Virus record (IMG/VR): IMGVR_UViG_3300048577_000420
Span: 22,579-86,578 of that record
DNA: 64,000 nucleotides
From: a virus
Taxonomy: Duplodnaviria > Heunggongvirae > Uroviricota > Caudoviricetes
Strand: one strand, 5' to 3'
The notes below the pieces were generated by a model, which did not search any database, was not told the DNA's origin, and saw only the letters and a program-made list of their open reading frames with translations. A program made the translations under genes and the position numbers. Shown piece after piece: positions 8,699 to 17,203 of this stretch. Within the stretch, counting starts at the first letter, position 1. The number at the start of each line of letters is the position of its first letter.

Positions 8699-11335
8699 AT
8701 GGCGACCAGCCTGAGCGAGCGCGTCGGCCTCCTGGCCAGCCGCATCGCTACCGAGTTCAACGACCGCGGGCTCCCGCTTCCCGGGCGCCTCGCTGGGCGC
8801 TACCTCCGCCTCGACGACGACGGTGCGCCCGCGTGGGGCGACCTCCCCCGGACGCAGTGGTCGGACGCGATGCCCGGGCCGGACAACCTGGTCGCGGACC
8901 CGAACTTCCTCGACACGGCGTGGCTGACGCTCGTCCGCACGACCGCCAGCAAGCGGGTCCAGTTCGCGCTCGACGGCGCCAACGGCTCCCCCAGCGGGCC
9001 CGGCTACTACCTCGCCAGGATGTCCCCGACCGCCACCCTGCCGTCCGAGCTCGTGCTCGCCAACGGCGAGATCCCGGCGAGCCAGACGATGACGGCCGCC
9101 GGCGACTTCACCTTTCCCCTCGCCCCGGGCAAGTCCTACCGCGTAGGCATGTGGATCAAGGGCACCGGGACGTTCACCCAGCGGCTCGCGGTGTACGTGG
9201 ACCACATCACCGTGATGGGCACCGCCCTCGTCCCGGTCGCCCTCGGCGCGACGATCATCCCGGCGGCCGCCTGGACCTGGTACGAGTGGGACTACACCGC
9301 GCCGGTCGACGCGGTCGCGGGCGTGCTGCGTGTCGTCCTGCCGGCCCAGGAGGCCCTGGCCTTCGTCGCCCGGCCGTCGGTCGTGCTGGCCCCCGTGGGG
9401 ATGGCGAGCGTCCCGTGGACGTCCCTGAACTCGGGCCCCGACAACCTGATCGCCGACCCCACCTTCACCTCGGCCGACCTCCGCGCCGTCAGGCTCCTCG
9501 GGGCCAGCGCCGGCGTGAGCTTCGCCCTGAACGACACGACGAACGGCAGCGCGAGCGGGCCGGGCTACAACCTCCTCAAGCTCGACAGCAGCGGCGGCAA
9601 GCTCACCTCGGCGACCCTCAAGAACGGCCGGAACTACGTCGACGGCAGCGTGCTCGGCGGCGGCTCCGCGGGCTTCCCGCTCATCCCCGGCGAGTCGTAC
9701 CGCCTCGGCATGTGGGTCAAGGCGACCGGGACCATCGACGACGGCATCACCGTCGGCATCCAGCACGTCACCAGCTGGTCGACCACGAGCGCCACCTGGC
9801 AGGACATCGTCACCCGCCTCGTGCCGACGAACGCCTGGACCTGGCGCGAGTGGGTCTTCACGTGCCCGCAGAACACGGTCGGCGGCTACGTCTACCTCGG
9901 CGGCAACACGGGCGAGGGTGCGGTCTACGTCGCGCGCCCCTCGCTCGTGCACCTCACAAACCCGGGGCCGAAGCTCTTCCCGATCCGCTACACCGGGTCG
10001 GCCTGGGAGTACGCGAGCCTCGCCGCGGCTCAGGCGGCCGGCCTCGCGGCGACCGACGTGGCGCTGTTCCTCGCACCCGACGGCGTGGCGGCCCCCGCGT
10101 GGAAGCGCACGGGCGACGTCGTGATCGCCTACGGCTCGACGGTCTCCCAGGCGAACGCGCCCGAGGAGATCGGCTCGATCAAGCCGTGGCCGACCCTGAA
10201 CCTCCCCGCGCGGATGGCCGACACGTGGATGCTCATGGACGGCCGCGCGATCAGCCGGACCACGTACGCCGAGCTCTTCGCGATGATCGGCACGACCTTC
10301 GGCGCCGGCGACGGCAGCACGACCTTCAACCTCCCGAGCGCGAAGGGTCGGGTCATCGTCGGCCTCGCCGCGACGAACCCCTTCGCGGCCTCCATCGGCC
10401 AGTACGGCGGCGAGTACCAGCACACGATGACGATCGAGGAGCTCGTCGGCCACGCGCACGCCGCGTTCTCCGGCCAGTTCGTGCTCTACGACGGCGGGAC
10501 GACGGGCGCGGCGTCGGGCACCAGCGGGGGCTCGAAGCTCTTCGTGAACGGGGCGACGGCGTCCGCCGGCGGCGGCCAGGCCTTCAACATCATGCAGCCC
10601 TACGTGGTCATGCCGTGGATCATCAAGGTCGCCCGCTCGGCCGCGGAGGCCGTGCCGGCGCCGGGTCACGTCCACAACTCGCTGGAGATCGTGGACTTCT
10701 CCTCGCGCGTCGACTCGCTCGTGCCGGTCACCTCGCGCGTCCACTACCTCCCGGCGGACCAGACGACGTTCACGAGCGCCTCGCCGCCCTCCGCCTACGG
10801 CGACGGCAGCACCGTCTTCTCGGTCGAGGGCACAGGGTCGTGGCCGGCGCCCTACGCGATCGTCGAGACGATCCGCACCGGCATCGGGCGGTGCATCCAG
10901 CGGCTCACGGCCCACGACGGCACGTCCTACCAGCGCAGCGCCAACGGCAACGGCACCGACACCTGGAACGCGTGGACCGGCGCTGGGGGCGGCGTCGCCG
11001 TCCCCTACAGCGTCACGAGCGCGATCAGCGCCGCCGCCGGCGACCTCGTCCGCGTCGGCCGGCAGGTCACGGCGACGCTCCAGTTCACGTTCCAGTCGAA
11101 CCCCGGCGCCTACGCGACCTTCGCGTCGATCGCGGTCGCCGACGCCCCGAGGAAGGTGGGCTCCGGCTGGGGGGTCGCCCACGGCGTCGTGCGCAACGAG
11201 ACCCGCGGCGGCATCGGGTACGCGCGCGTGGTCAACAACGGCTCGGCCGCGGGCCTGATGTTCTCCGACGGCGGCCTCCCGGGGATCGTCGCTGGCGACG
11301 TCGTGGCGTTCTCGGCGACCTGGGTGACGGGCTGA
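8699..11335 (+). CDS. Tail fibre protein with a phage tail-collar domain and a tandemly duplicated beta-sandwich (CBM-like) domain
   Basis: Collar-domain signature around FNLPSAKGRVIVGL...GGEYQHTMTIEELVGHAHA. About 185 aa is duplicated at nt 8879-9432 and 9433-9990. Confidence 0.75.
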   Translation: MATSLSERVGLLASRIATEFNDRGLPLPGRLAGRYLRLDDDGAPAWGDLPRTQWSDAMPGPDNLVADPNFLDTAWLTLVRTTASKRVQFALDGANGSPSGPGYYLARMSPTATLPSELVLANGEIPASQTMTAAGDFTFPLAPGKSYRVGMWIKGTGTFTQRLAVYVDHITVMGTALVPVALGATIIPAAAWTWYEWDYTAPVDAVAGVLRVVLPAQEALAFVARPSVVLAPVGMASVPWTSLNSGPDNLIADPTFTSADLRAVRLLGASAGVSFALNDTTNGSASGPGYNLLKLDSSGGKLTSATLKNGRNYVDGSVLGGGSAGFPLIPGESYRLGMWVKATGTIDDGITVGIQHVTSWSTTSATWQDIVTRLVPTNAWTWREWVFTCPQNTVGGYVYLGGNTGEGAVYVARPSLVHLTNPGPKLFPIRYTGSAWEYASLAAAQAAGLAATDVALFLAPDGVAAPAWKRTGDVVIAYGSTVSQANAPEEIGSIKPWPTLNLPARMADTWMLMDGRAISRTTYAELFAMIGTTFGAGDGSTTFNLPSAKGRVIVGLAATNPFAASIGQYGGEYQHTMTIEELVGHAHAAFSGQFVLYDGGTTGAASGTSGGSKLFVNGATASAGGGQAFNIMQPYVVMPWIIKVARSAAEAVPAPGHVHNSLEIVDFSSRVDSLVPVTSRVHYLPADQTTFTSASPPSAYGDGSTVFSVEGTGSWPAPYAIVETIRTGIGRCIQRLTAHDGTSYQRSANGNGTDTWNAWTGAGGGVAVPYSVTSAISAAAGDLVRVGRQVTATLQFTFQSNPGAYATFASIAVADAPRKVGSGWGVAHGVVRNETRGGIGYARVVNNGSAAGLMFSDGGLPGIVAGDVVAFSATWVTG

Positions 11336-11482
11336 CCGATGGCGAGCCAGGTCGATTCCAAGGTGACGGTGGACGGGCAGGGCGCCGCGGCCGCCGGAGC
11401 GAAGGTCCAGGTCGTGCTCGACGTCGCGGTGCTCGGCACCGCACGCCTGGGCATGTGCGTGCTCGGCTGAGAGGGAGAGGAC

Positions 11483-12160
11483 ATGCCCGTACCCCAGGGC
11501 GCGACCACCGACGTCATCACGGCTGACGTCTGGAACCGCCTCGTCGCGGCCGCCAACCAGGTGCAGCTCTTCCAGGTCGGCGCCAACCCCTACACCGACC
11601 TCTCGCTGCCCGGCGACTACCCCCAGGGCGTGACCGCCTTCAGCATCGAGGACGCGACGGGGTCGACCTGGCCTACGAGCTGGGCAGTCGTCGAGACCGT
11701 GCGCGTCAACACCACGCGGTGCCTGCAGCGGGCCACGAACAACCTCGGGTACGTCTACCAGCGGGTGGCGAACGGCGTCACGAACGCATGGTCGGCGTGG
11801 TCCCTCGTCGCCGGCCCCTGCGCCACCGCGGTACCCACGGCCGGCACCGGCTGGACCCAGATCCCCGGCCTGGCCGACCTGCAGTGCGTCCGCGACGAGA
11901 ACCTCATGGTCACCGTGCAGGGCATGGTGCGCCGGACCGGCGCGTCGATCACCGGCGGGTCGACGGGCACGATCATCAGCCTGCCTGCGGGCTTCCGGCC
12001 GACGAAGGCCATCTACGCGAGCCAGGCGCGTGACGGCGGCGCGGCGAACATGATCTTCGACAACACGGGCAACGTCAGCGCGGAGATCGCAGGCACCTGG
12101 AACAAGGACATCTCGTACGTGTCCTTCCACCTGACCTTCAAGGCCGCGGCAGTCAGCTAG
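11483..12160 (+). CDS. Tail fibre-like protein, paralogous to the C-terminal domain of the 8699..11335 product
   Basis: TWPTSWAVVETVRVNTTRCLQRATN here matches SWPAPYAIVETIRTGIGRCIQRLTA in the upstream gene. Confidence 0.6.
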   Translation: MPVPQGATTDVITADVWNRLVAAANQVQLFQVGANPYTDLSLPGDYPQGVTAFSIEDATGSTWPTSWAVVETVRVNTTRCLQRATNNLGYVYQRVANGVTNAWSAWSLVAGPCATAVPTAGTGWTQIPGLADLQCVRDENLMVTVQGMVRRTGASITGGSTGTIISLPAGFRPTKAIYASQARDGGAANMIFDNTGNVSAEIAGTWNKDISYVSFHLTFKAAAVS

Positions 12161-13007
12161 CGAGCGCGTCAGCCCGTCGGGGCTTGCGGCCGCGATCGGA
12201 CTGCCACAGGCGCTCCATCCAGCTGTCCGAGCGCCCCACACGCGCCGCGGCGCTCCAGGGGTCCATGCCGTGGTCGACGAGGAACCAGTACTCCTCGCGC
12301 ACCGCCTCGGTGTCCATCGCATCCTCGTCGGCCAGGATCCCGGTCTCGCCGTCCCAGAGCGGGTCGTCGAAGAAGAAGTCCCGGTCGAAGGCCTCGGGCG
12401 GCAGCCAGCCGGCGGACCGCGCGACTGCCGCCGCGTGTCTCTGTGGTCCTGGCGTCAGCGCGTGCTCGCGGACGACGTCCATGAGCCGCAGCGCGTACTC
12501 CATCGTGACCTTCGAGCGCCCGTAGCAGTTGGCGTCCCCGTGCATGAAGCGGCGCATCATCGCGTGGCCGTAGCCCATGACGGCCATCGCCTGGAACCGG
12601 CGCCGGCTCCCACCTACGGGTGCGAACCGCGCCGCGTTCTCCAGGTGAGGCAGCTCGCGGAGCTTCTGCATCGTCACGGGCGCGACGTACTCGCCCCGAC
12701 CGTGCTGGATCTTCCAGAGCTGGCTCGTGCTGATCCCCGCGGCCGTCGCCACCGCCTTCATCGAGAGGTTGTGCAGCGCGGCCTGCTTGTGGAGCACGAC
12801 CGCCGCCTCCTGGACGGGCGTGCGCCACTTCCAGTCCGGGTTCGCATGGCGGCGGAGCTCGTGCTCCTGCGCGCGCCGGTAGCGCGTCCTCCCGTCGGCA
12901 CCCACGCCTGGCCTTGGCACTCGCGCACTCCTCTCTCGATGCTGCGACGGAGAGGTTGACCTGCGGAGACGCTCGCCGTCCAGGCAGGGCGATTCCTGCC
13001 AGCGCAC
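12153..13007 (-). CDS. XRE-type HTH DNA-binding protein, leftward-transcribed (candidate repressor or regulator). Start codon uncertain
   Basis: HTH segment LHKQAALHNLSMKAVATAAGISTSQLWKIQHGRGEYVAPVTMQKL. Opposite orientation to the flanking operons. An IR copy overlaps the putative GTG start. Confidence 0.6.
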   Translation of the reverse strand: MRWQESPCLDGERLRRSTSPSQHRERSARVPRPGVGADGRTRYRRAQEHELRRHANPDWKWRTPVQEAAVVLHKQAALHNLSMKAVATAAGISTSQLWKIQHGRGEYVAPVTMQKLRELPHLENAARFAPVGGSRRRFQAMAVMGYGHAMMRRFMHGDANCYGRSKVTMEYALRLMDVVREHALTPGPQRHAAAVARSAGWLPPEAFDRDFFFDDPLWDGETGILADEDAMDTEAVREEYWFLVDHGMDPWSAAARVGRSDSWMERLWQSDRGRKPRRADALAS

Positions 13008-13010
13008 GTT
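12993..13010. promoter_or_regulatory. IR motif copy TTCCTGC-CAGC-GCACGTT plus the TCGTCGCGT extension, in the divergent control region
   Basis: Read directly from the sequence. Shares both half-site and extension with the copy at 3535. Confidence 0.55.
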
Positions 13011-13277
13011 TCGTCGCGTACCGGGAGGGCGCCCGCGGCGGCCTCAGGATCTCCCTGCGGCTGTAGTGGCCGCGGCTCCCTCGTGGATGACCCGGGACGG
13101 CAACGCCGGGTGGGCTAAGGACTGGACACGGACACCTGTCTCCGACGGAGGCGTCGGCAGGGAACGGGCTCGGTCGCTCTCTCCGGACCACCGTGGCGTC
13201 GCCGCGGGGGGAAGGGGGGGCGTACCCAGAAGCCGTTTCCTGCTCCTCAAGAGGCGCCGTAGTCCTCCTTCCTGAAC

Positions 13278-13293
13278 GTGCTCTAGCAGGAAG
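13278..13293. promoter_or_regulatory. IR motif copy in reverse orientation (reverse complement CTTCCTGC-TAGA-GCAC)
   Basis: Read directly from the sequence. Confidence 0.5.
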
Positions 13294-13334
13294 TGCACGG
13301 AGTTGATCCGCGCGAGGCGCGAGGTCGATGCTCC

Positions 13335-13349
13335 CGAACACACGTTCGA
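13335..13349. promoter_or_regulatory. LexA/Cheo-like SOS box CGAAC-ACAC-GTTCGA, 17 bp upstream of the helicase start
   Basis: Matches the actinobacterial LexA consensus TCGAAC-N4-GTTCGA at 14 of 16 positions. Confidence 0.55.
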
Positions 13350-13365
13350 TTGGAGAGGACAGCGC

Positions 13366-14886
13366 ATGGTCAAGGCCCAGGTCGTCAGCGGCGGAGGTCG
13401 CGCATGGAGCACCGCCCCGCGGAAGGTCGCAGCGCCGCCGGCCGCGCCGACCGAGGAGCAGGCGGCCGCGATCGAGGCGTTCGGCGACGGGCACAACATG
13501 GTGCTGGAGGCCCTCGCCGGCACGGGGAAGACGACGACCCTCCGCCAGCTCGCGCACAGCACGAACATGCGCGGGCTCTACCTCGCCTACAACCGGTCGA
13601 CGGCCGACGAAGCGCAGGGCATGTTCCCGTCCAGCACGCGCTGCTCGACGATCCACTCCCTCGCGTACCGCGCGGTCGTCGACGACGTCATGCGCGAGCG
13701 GCTGAACGCCCCGCGGCAGACCAGCGCGGACGTGGCGAAGATCATCGGGGCGCCGGCCGGGTTCAAGCTCGACGGTGGCCGCGGCCGCCTCCTCGGGTCC
13801 AGCCAGCTGGCCAGGCTCGCCCTGGAGACGGTCACCGCCTTCTGCTACTCGGACGACCAGGAGATCGGCCCGCAGCACGTGCCCGCCCAGACGGGGGTCG
13901 ACGCCCCCGCCGAGGTGCGCGCGCTCGCGGCCGTCGTGGTGCCGCTGGCGAAGTCGGCCTGGTGGGACCTGCGCTCCCCCGACGGCGCGGTGCGGTTCCA
14001 GCACGACCACTACATGAAGCTCTACGCGCTGCGCGAGCCCCAGCTCGCCGCCGACTTCGTCCTCGTGGACGAGGCACAGGACAGCAACGACGTCGTCGTC
14101 GGCCTGGTCAACCGCCAGCGCGACTGCCAGGTGGTGGCTGTCGGCGACCGGCGCCAGCAGCTGTACGAGTGGCGCGGCTCGGTCGACGCGATGGACGCCT
14201 TCCACCCCGAGACGCGGCTCTACCTGACCCAGTCGTTCCGCTTCGGCCCAGCGATCGCCGAGCGCGCCAACCGCTGGCTGATCGCGCTCGGCGCCGACGT
14301 GCTGCTGCGCGGTACCCGCTCCATCCAGTCGGTCGTGGGGCCGATGGCGAAGCCCGCGGCGGTCCTGTGCCGGACGAACGCCGAGGTCATCCAGCGCGTC
14401 ATGGACGCCCAGCTGGCCGGCACGCCGGTCGCGATCGCGGGCGGGGGGCGTGACGTGCGCGCGCTCGCCGAGGCCGCGGAGCAGCTGAAGGACGTGGGCC
14501 GCACGTGGCACCCCGAGCTGTGCATGTTCACCAGCTGGGGCGAGGTGCAGGACTACGTCGAGGAGGGCGGCGGCCAGGACCTGAAGACGCTCGTCCGCCT
14601 CGTCGATCGGCACGGCGCGCGCGCGATCGTGCGGGCCATCGACCGCTGCGTGCCCGAGGCGACCGCTCGCCTGGTGGTGAGCACGGTGCACAAGGCCAAG
14701 GGGCGCGAGTGGGGCACCGTCCTCATCGCCGACGACTTCGAGGGGCCCGGCGAGGAGGCGGACGGCTCCGCGAAGTCGCTCGTCGCCGCCGAGGCGATGA
14801 CCGCGTACGTCGCCGTGACGCGCGCTCGGTTCGGGCTCGACGACTCCAGCCTGTCGTGGCTCGATGCGCACCTGGACGCCGAGTGA
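13366..14886 (+). CDS. Superfamily-1 (UvrD/PcrA/RecD-like) DNA helicase, compact at about 506 aa
   Basis: Motif I ALAGTGKTTTL, motif II VLVDEAQDSND, motif III VVAVGDRRQQLYEWRGSV, motif VI VSTVHKAKGREWGTVLI. ATG at 13366 with GGAGAGGA RBS. Confidence 0.8.
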   Translation: MVKAQVVSGGGRAWSTAPRKVAAPPAAPTEEQAAAIEAFGDGHNMVLEALAGTGKTTTLRQLAHSTNMRGLYLAYNRSTADEAQGMFPSSTRCSTIHSLAYRAVVDDVMRERLNAPRQTSADVAKIIGAPAGFKLDGGRGRLLGSSQLARLALETVTAFCYSDDQEIGPQHVPAQTGVDAPAEVRALAAVVVPLAKSAWWDLRSPDGAVRFQHDHYMKLYALREPQLAADFVLVDEAQDSNDVVVGLVNRQRDCQVVAVGDRRQQLYEWRGSVDAMDAFHPETRLYLTQSFRFGPAIAERANRWLIALGADVLLRGTRSIQSVVGPMAKPAAVLCRTNAEVIQRVMDAQLAGTPVAIAGGGRDVRALAEAAEQLKDVGRTWHPELCMFTSWGEVQDYVEEGGGQDLKTLVRLVDRHGARAIVRAIDRCVPEATARLVVSTVHKAKGREWGTVLIADDFEGPGEEADGSAKSLVAAEAMTAYVAVTRARFGLDDSSLSWLDAHLDAE

Positions 14887-15827
14887 GCGGGTACCGCGTC
14901 AACGACCGGCGCCGGCGCCCCGAGATCCCGGCAAGCATCCCGAACCCCGTCAAGGCCAAGCTCGCCGAGGCACGGGCGGAGGGCAGCAGGGCTGTCGCGA
15001 CCGTCCGGGTCCAGGAGTTCGCCAACCGCCAGGAGATCGCCAGCAGGTGGCCCGCGGCGCCGGACCTCGGAGCCAACCTCACCTACGAGGCCCGGGTCGC
15101 CCCGGTGCTCGCCGACGCCAAGGCCCGCGAGTCCGGGCTCGTGCTCGCCGGTCAGAACGTCGTCGTGATGCGGAACCGCCCAGGGATCGGGTCGCCGTAC
15201 GGTGGGTGGGAGTCCGCGCTGTACGGCGTCCGACCCATCACCGTCTGGGCCGACGAGGCGACCCTCGACGGCATGGACGAGGACGACTGGCGCTGGGTGC
15301 TCGCCCAGGACGCGGAGCGGGTCATCCCCGCCACGGTGACCTCACACGTCCGGGCCCTCGCCTGGTACGAGGGCCTCCTGAACCGCGGGCAGGCACTCCC
15401 CGTCCTGCAGCGCTGGGGACGGGCGATCGACGCCGTGGAGGAAGGCATCGAGCTGGTGACCTCGCTCGCCGGATCCGGGTCCGCCTTCTACCCCGAGGCG
15501 CCGGGGGTCCTCGACCTGACCGCCCAGGCTGCCGTCGCCAGCCGGAGCCGCGCGGTCATGAGGGGCTGGCTGACGCAGGCAAGAACCGTTGCAGATGCTG
15601 CAAAGGCATCGCGCGCGAAGGCCCGGGCCGACTGGCTGGCCTACGCCACCGAGAAGGCGGCCGAGGAAGCCGAGCCCTCCTGGCCGGCGCGAACCGCGGC
15701 CACCGACGCCGCCGCACCAGCCGGCGGCGGTGTCTTCTTGCCGGGGGGCAGCATGGTCGCGGACATCCAGAGGACCGTCGGCCTGCGGGGGTTCTCCCCC
15801 TCGCATGTCCTCTACGACGAGGCGTGA
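14883..15827 (+). CDS. Hypothetical 315-aa protein, translationally coupled (GTGA) to the helicase
   Basis: GTG at 14883 in the long open frame of ORF 14505..15827. High GC3. Confidence 0.6.
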   Translation: MSGYRVNDRRRRPEIPASIPNPVKAKLAEARAEGSRAVATVRVQEFANRQEIASRWPAAPDLGANLTYEARVAPVLADAKARESGLVLAGQNVVVMRNRPGIGSPYGGWESALYGVRPITVWADEATLDGMDEDDWRWVLAQDAERVIPATVTSHVRALAWYEGLLNRGQALPVLQRWGRAIDAVEEGIELVTSLAGSGSAFYPEAPGVLDLTAQAAVASRSRAVMRGWLTQARTVADAAKASRAKARADWLAYATEKAAEEAEPSWPARTAATDAAAPAGGGVFLPGGSMVADIQRTVGLRGFSPSHVLYDEA

Positions 15828-15835
15828 CGTGCGCT

Positions 15836-15853
15836 TCCTGCGCTAGCAGCAAT
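15836..15853. promoter_or_regulatory. IR motif copy TTCCTGC-GCTA-GCAGCAA
   Basis: Read directly from the sequence. Confidence 0.6.
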
Positions 15854-15862
15854 CGTCACGTA

Positions 15863-15877
15863 CGAACATCTGTTCGA
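15863..15877. promoter_or_regulatory. LexA/Cheo-like SOS box CGAAC-ATCT-GTTCGA, upstream of the packaging operon
   Basis: Read directly from the sequence. Same GAACA..TGTTCGATG context as the boxes at 13335 and 25662. Confidence 0.55.
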
Positions 15878-15899
15878 TGCCCGGCCGACACTGGAAGGC

Positions 15900-16622
15900 G
15901 TGGGAGGACCGGGCAGCGGCCGCCGTAAGGCCGCGGAGACGATCGAGCGGGAGATCGCTGCTCACGCCGCGAGTCAGCCGCAGGCGGAGGCCACCGGCAC
16001 GCCCGCGATGCCCGAGCTCCGCGAAGTGACCCAGCCCACGGGCTCCATCCTCAAGGTCCAGGGCCCGGACGAGGAGCGCTTCTACAACGACGCGCGCGCC
16101 AAGTACCTGGAGCAGAACCACTTCGACGCCGTCACCGACCTCGCGGACCTCGACGCGCTGCTCATGCACGAGCTCCTCGACTTCCGCTACTCCACCCAGC
16201 TCGCGTCGGGGAAGTCGTACGACGGCCTCTTCCTCTCCTTCAGGGCCGAGGAGCAGCTGCGGCAGAACAAGCTGGCCGAGGCGAAGGTCATCGGAGAGCT
16301 GAAGAAGCAGCTCGGCCTGACGCGGGCGTCTCGTGACGCTGCGCAGGGCTCGACGGCCGACTACATCCGCGACCTCATGCGGCGGGCCAAGGAGTTCGGG
16401 GTCTACCGGGACGAGCAGATCATGCGCGCCGTGGTCCTCGCGAACGAGCTCAAGAGCATCGTCGAGACCTTCGACCGCTCCAACGACACGGAGAAGCGCG
16501 TCGTCGGCATCGAGTCCGAGTCCGACATCGTCGACTGGGTCCGGCAGATGTTCATCCCGGCGTTCGACAGCATCGACCAGCAGTTCCGGGCGAACCAGCG
16601 GCTGTGGGTCGGGACCCTGTGA
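15900..16622 (+). CDS. Hypothetical protein, first gene of the packaging operon
   Basis: ORF track. GTG start with GGAAGG RBS. Confidence 0.6.
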   Translation: MGGPGSGRRKAAETIEREIAAHAASQPQAEATGTPAMPELREVTQPTGSILKVQGPDEERFYNDARAKYLEQNHFDAVTDLADLDALLMHELLDFRYSTQLASGKSYDGLFLSFRAEEQLRQNKLAEAKVIGELKKQLGLTRASRDAAQGSTADYIRDLMRRAKEFGVYRDEQIMRAVVLANELKSIVETFDRSNDTEKRVVGIESESDIVDWVRQMFIPAFDSIDQQFRANQRLWVGTL

Positions 16623-17203
16623 CCCTCCCGTCGGCGGCGGACTGGCGGCAGCACTTCACGGACGTGCCCCCGGCCTTCTACCGGCTCCTCGGCGAGCTCC
16701 TGCAGGAGGTCCAGGCCGAGCGAGAGCGCGAGCAGGGCGTGGAGCGGCGCGGCCGGCGCCCCGCACTGGCCTCCGGCTCGATGCAGGACGTCGCCGACCT
16801 CGTCTACCCGCGGCGTTCGTCTCTGCCCTTCGCCGAAGCCCTGCGCGCCGCGACCCGCCAGACGCCGTCGACGATCGCACGCCTCGCCTCGATGAACCCC
16901 GGCACCCTCCACGGGCTCATGAACGGCTCGCGCCAGCTCAACATGGCGGTCCTGCAGGACATCGCACGAGCCATCCACGTCGACCCCGCGTACTTCCACG
17001 AGTACCGCGTCCTCGCGATCCACGAGGCCATCGACTCCCTGCTGACGCCGGAGCGCTCTGCGCGCGCGTACGCGGCCATCGAGCCCACCTACAACGCCGC
17101 CCGGCCGGAGCCGAAGAACGCGGCCGGGTTCACGACGACCGCCCGGCCGGGCACGAATACCTTTGCCAATCCTGCAAAGCGAGTCGAGGGCTCTCGGGCA
17201 TGA
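16619..17203 (+). CDS. HTH (XRE-like) DNA-binding protein, putative terminase small subunit
   Basis: HTH segment TIARLASMNPGTLHGLMNGSRQLNMAVLQDIARAI. Sits directly upstream of and coupled to TerL (ATGA). Confidence 0.5.
   Translation: MTLPSAADWRQHFTDVPPAFYRLLGELLQEVQAEREREQGVERRGRRPALASGSMQDVADLVYPRRSSLPFAEALRAATRQTPSTIARLASMNPGTLHGLMNGSRQLNMAVLQDIARAIHVDPAYFHEYRVLAIHEAIDSLLTPERSARAYAAIEPTYNAARPEPKNAAGFTTTARPGTNTFANPAKRVEGSRA

Noticed and set aside
7238-12322. A 1694-aa ORF on the - strand spanning the lysis and fibre genes
   Set aside because: It is antisense to several well-supported + strand genes (endolysin, collar fibre). Its translation is Arg/Gly/Ala/Pro-rich low-complexity, which is the typical high-GC antisense artefact.
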